A stretch of DNA of 8,526 bases from Azolla caroliniana (taxonomy: Eukaryota > Plantae > Polypodiophyta). The notes under the pieces were generated by a model, which had not been told where the DNA came from, searched no databases, and worked only from the letters and a program-made list of their open reading frames with translations. The stretch lies in the NCBI GenBank assembly GCA_043228905.1, contig JBHGNT010001435.1, positions 1 to 8,526 on the forward strand, in the 5' to 3' direction. Positions 7,228 to 8,526 of this stretch are shown here, in pieces. Within the stretch, counting starts at the first letter, position 1. Each line of letters begins with the position of its first letter. The position numbers were made by a program, and so were the translations under genes.

Positions 7228-7462
7228 AACCCATCGGCAGAACAAGAACCCACAGGAAGGGTTGCAGATATTCTGAATCTGGATTGGATCCGAGACTCAC
7301 AAATGATGATGGTTTATCAGTGGATTCTTTGGAGCAGCGCCGATTACGCCTCACCATTAAAGAGGCACAGGTTGGAGACTATTGGGCAGTTTCAGACACA
7401 CATTGTAGCGCTTTTCTTCCTGATCTGATCTTCCCCATGGATGCTATTCTAAGGGTTGACAG
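7228..7462 (+). CDS. GNAT10: Plastid GNAT acetyltransferase (GNAT10-like), exon 2
   Basis: LTIKEAQVGDYWAVSDTHCSAFLPDLIFPMDAILRVDR resembles, from recall, the VREA..D.W.VAETHCS.FFP...FPLD.VLRVDR segment of Arabidopsis At1g72030; ends at CAG|GTAATT. Confidence 0.85.
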
Positions 7463-7633
7463 GTAATTGACAAATAACTTGATAGAAGAAAGTTGCATAT
7501 GGATAAATTGATGTGAGTTAAAAAAGATGGGGTACCATGGATGCTATTCTAAGGCTTGGCAAGTAATTGGCAAATAACATGATAGAAGAAAGTTGCATGT
7601 GGATAAATTGATGTGAGTTAAAAAGACGGGGTA
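7435..7633. repeat. 100-bp tandem duplication spanning the exon 2/intron 2 junction
   Basis: Copy 1 7435-7534 and copy 2 7535-7633, both CCATGGATGCTATTCTAAGG...GGGGTA, roughly 90% identical. Confidence 0.95.
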
Positions 7634-7694
7634 AGAAATTGAGGTGAGAAGAAGGTTAATGTATCAATCAATGCTAACTGAAATTTGAAAGACG

Positions 7695-8005
7695 GTTGTG
7701 AAATGGATGTAAGTTGAAAGCCAGTGAAAATACTAATGTAAGTGGAAAGTCGTGAAGAACTGACTTAGGTTGAAAGACAGTGAAGAACTTGATGTAAGTT
7801 AAAAGGCAGTGAAGAACTTTATGCAAGTTAAAAGATGTCGAAGAACTTGATGTAAGGCAAGGGTTAATGAAATAATTGATGCCAGTTGAAACTTGAAAGA
7901 TGGCATGTAATAGATGTGAAGAACTTGATGTAAGTTAAAAGATGGTGATGAGCTTGATGCAAAGTGAGACAATGAAGAAATGGATGCCAGTTGAAAGATG
8001 GTGAA
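7695..8005. repeat. Degenerate ~29-bp purine-rich intronic minisatellite (TGAAGAACTTGATGTAAGTTAAAAGRYRG)
   Basis: Units start at 7725, 7753, 7781, 7810, 7839 and 7868, with further copies from about 7917 to 8000. Confidence 0.85.
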
Positions 8006-8116
8006 TAGCAGATTATATGTATGTTGCTCGAAGATAGCAGCTCCATTGATGTAAGTTTATATTACGCTAATGTAAATGCTCTTCTCATGCATACAAAATG
8101 CTTTTTCTTGATATAG

Positions 8117-8368
8117 GTTTTTGGCAATGTTTGGATCATTGCTATTGCCCGTTGGTTGTGAGAGGAAATGGCTGATTGCTGCCGGTTCATGCACATCTAC
8201 ACACTGTCCGGAGCATGATGAAATTGCTACAGGAGAACCTTTGCTTAGTTGGAAGAGATCAGATGAAGGCTACAGAGATAGCTCTCAGTTGGAGAGCATA
8301 TTGGGTATTCTAACAGTCGACACTGTGGCAGAATTTTTACCAAAGCGAAAATCAACTCGTACAAGAAG
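8117..8368 (+). CDS. GNAT10: Plastid GNAT acetyltransferase (GNAT10-like), exon 3; gene continues past the window
   Basis: Acceptor TTTTTCTTGATATAG (8116), phase 2 matches exon 2. Encodes FLAMFGSLLLPVGCERKWLIA and the signature GILTVDTVAEFLPKR...RR; donor AAG|GTTTGA at 8369. The acetyl-CoA-binding motif exon is not in the window. Confidence 0.87.
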
Positions 8369-8526
8369 GTTTGAACTCTAAATATATCTCTCCTATCAGA
8401 TTTTATTACCTTCATGCTGTAGGTAATTTTTGTACCCAATAGGTCCTCACCATGAACCTTGGAAAGACCTAGTTCATGAAGTAACTGGGACACATGGGTG
8501 TCAGTCAGGATACATTCTCCACGTTT

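Noticed and set aside
7003-7428. 141-aa ORF as a single-exon gene
   Set aside because: Reads through intron 7124-7227 and is then out of the conserved GNAT frame.

Overview
Eukaryotic, land-plant-type genomic DNA (GT-AG introns, microsatellites, methylation-type C>T decay); the species cannot be determined from the sequence. Left to right, all on the + strand: (1) a spliced, partly degenerate Ulp1/C48 SUMO-protease-like gene (~135-1968) with an intact His-Asp-Gln-Cys catalytic set; (2) a ~1.35 kb spacer holding three different repeat arrays, including an 18+14 bp minisatellite with a 146-bp higher-order duplication; (3) an apparently intron-less Mutator-superfamily (MULE) transposase pseudogene (3341-6264, ~974 aa reconstructed, 4 TGA stops and 1 frameshift) with an unusual integrase-H2C2-like N-terminal module ahead of the WRKY/GCM1-type finger, DDE core, SWIM and C4 finger; (4) an array of GTTGGGYRACC motifs that mirrors an inverted array upstream of the transposase; (5) about 230 bp further on, the first three exons of a host plastid GNAT acetyltransferase gene (GNAT10/At1g72030-like), whose second intron has a 100-bp duplication of the splice donor and a ~29-bp minisatellite. 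No clean TIR or TSD pair was identifiable. Family assignments come from motif recognition and recall, not database searches.
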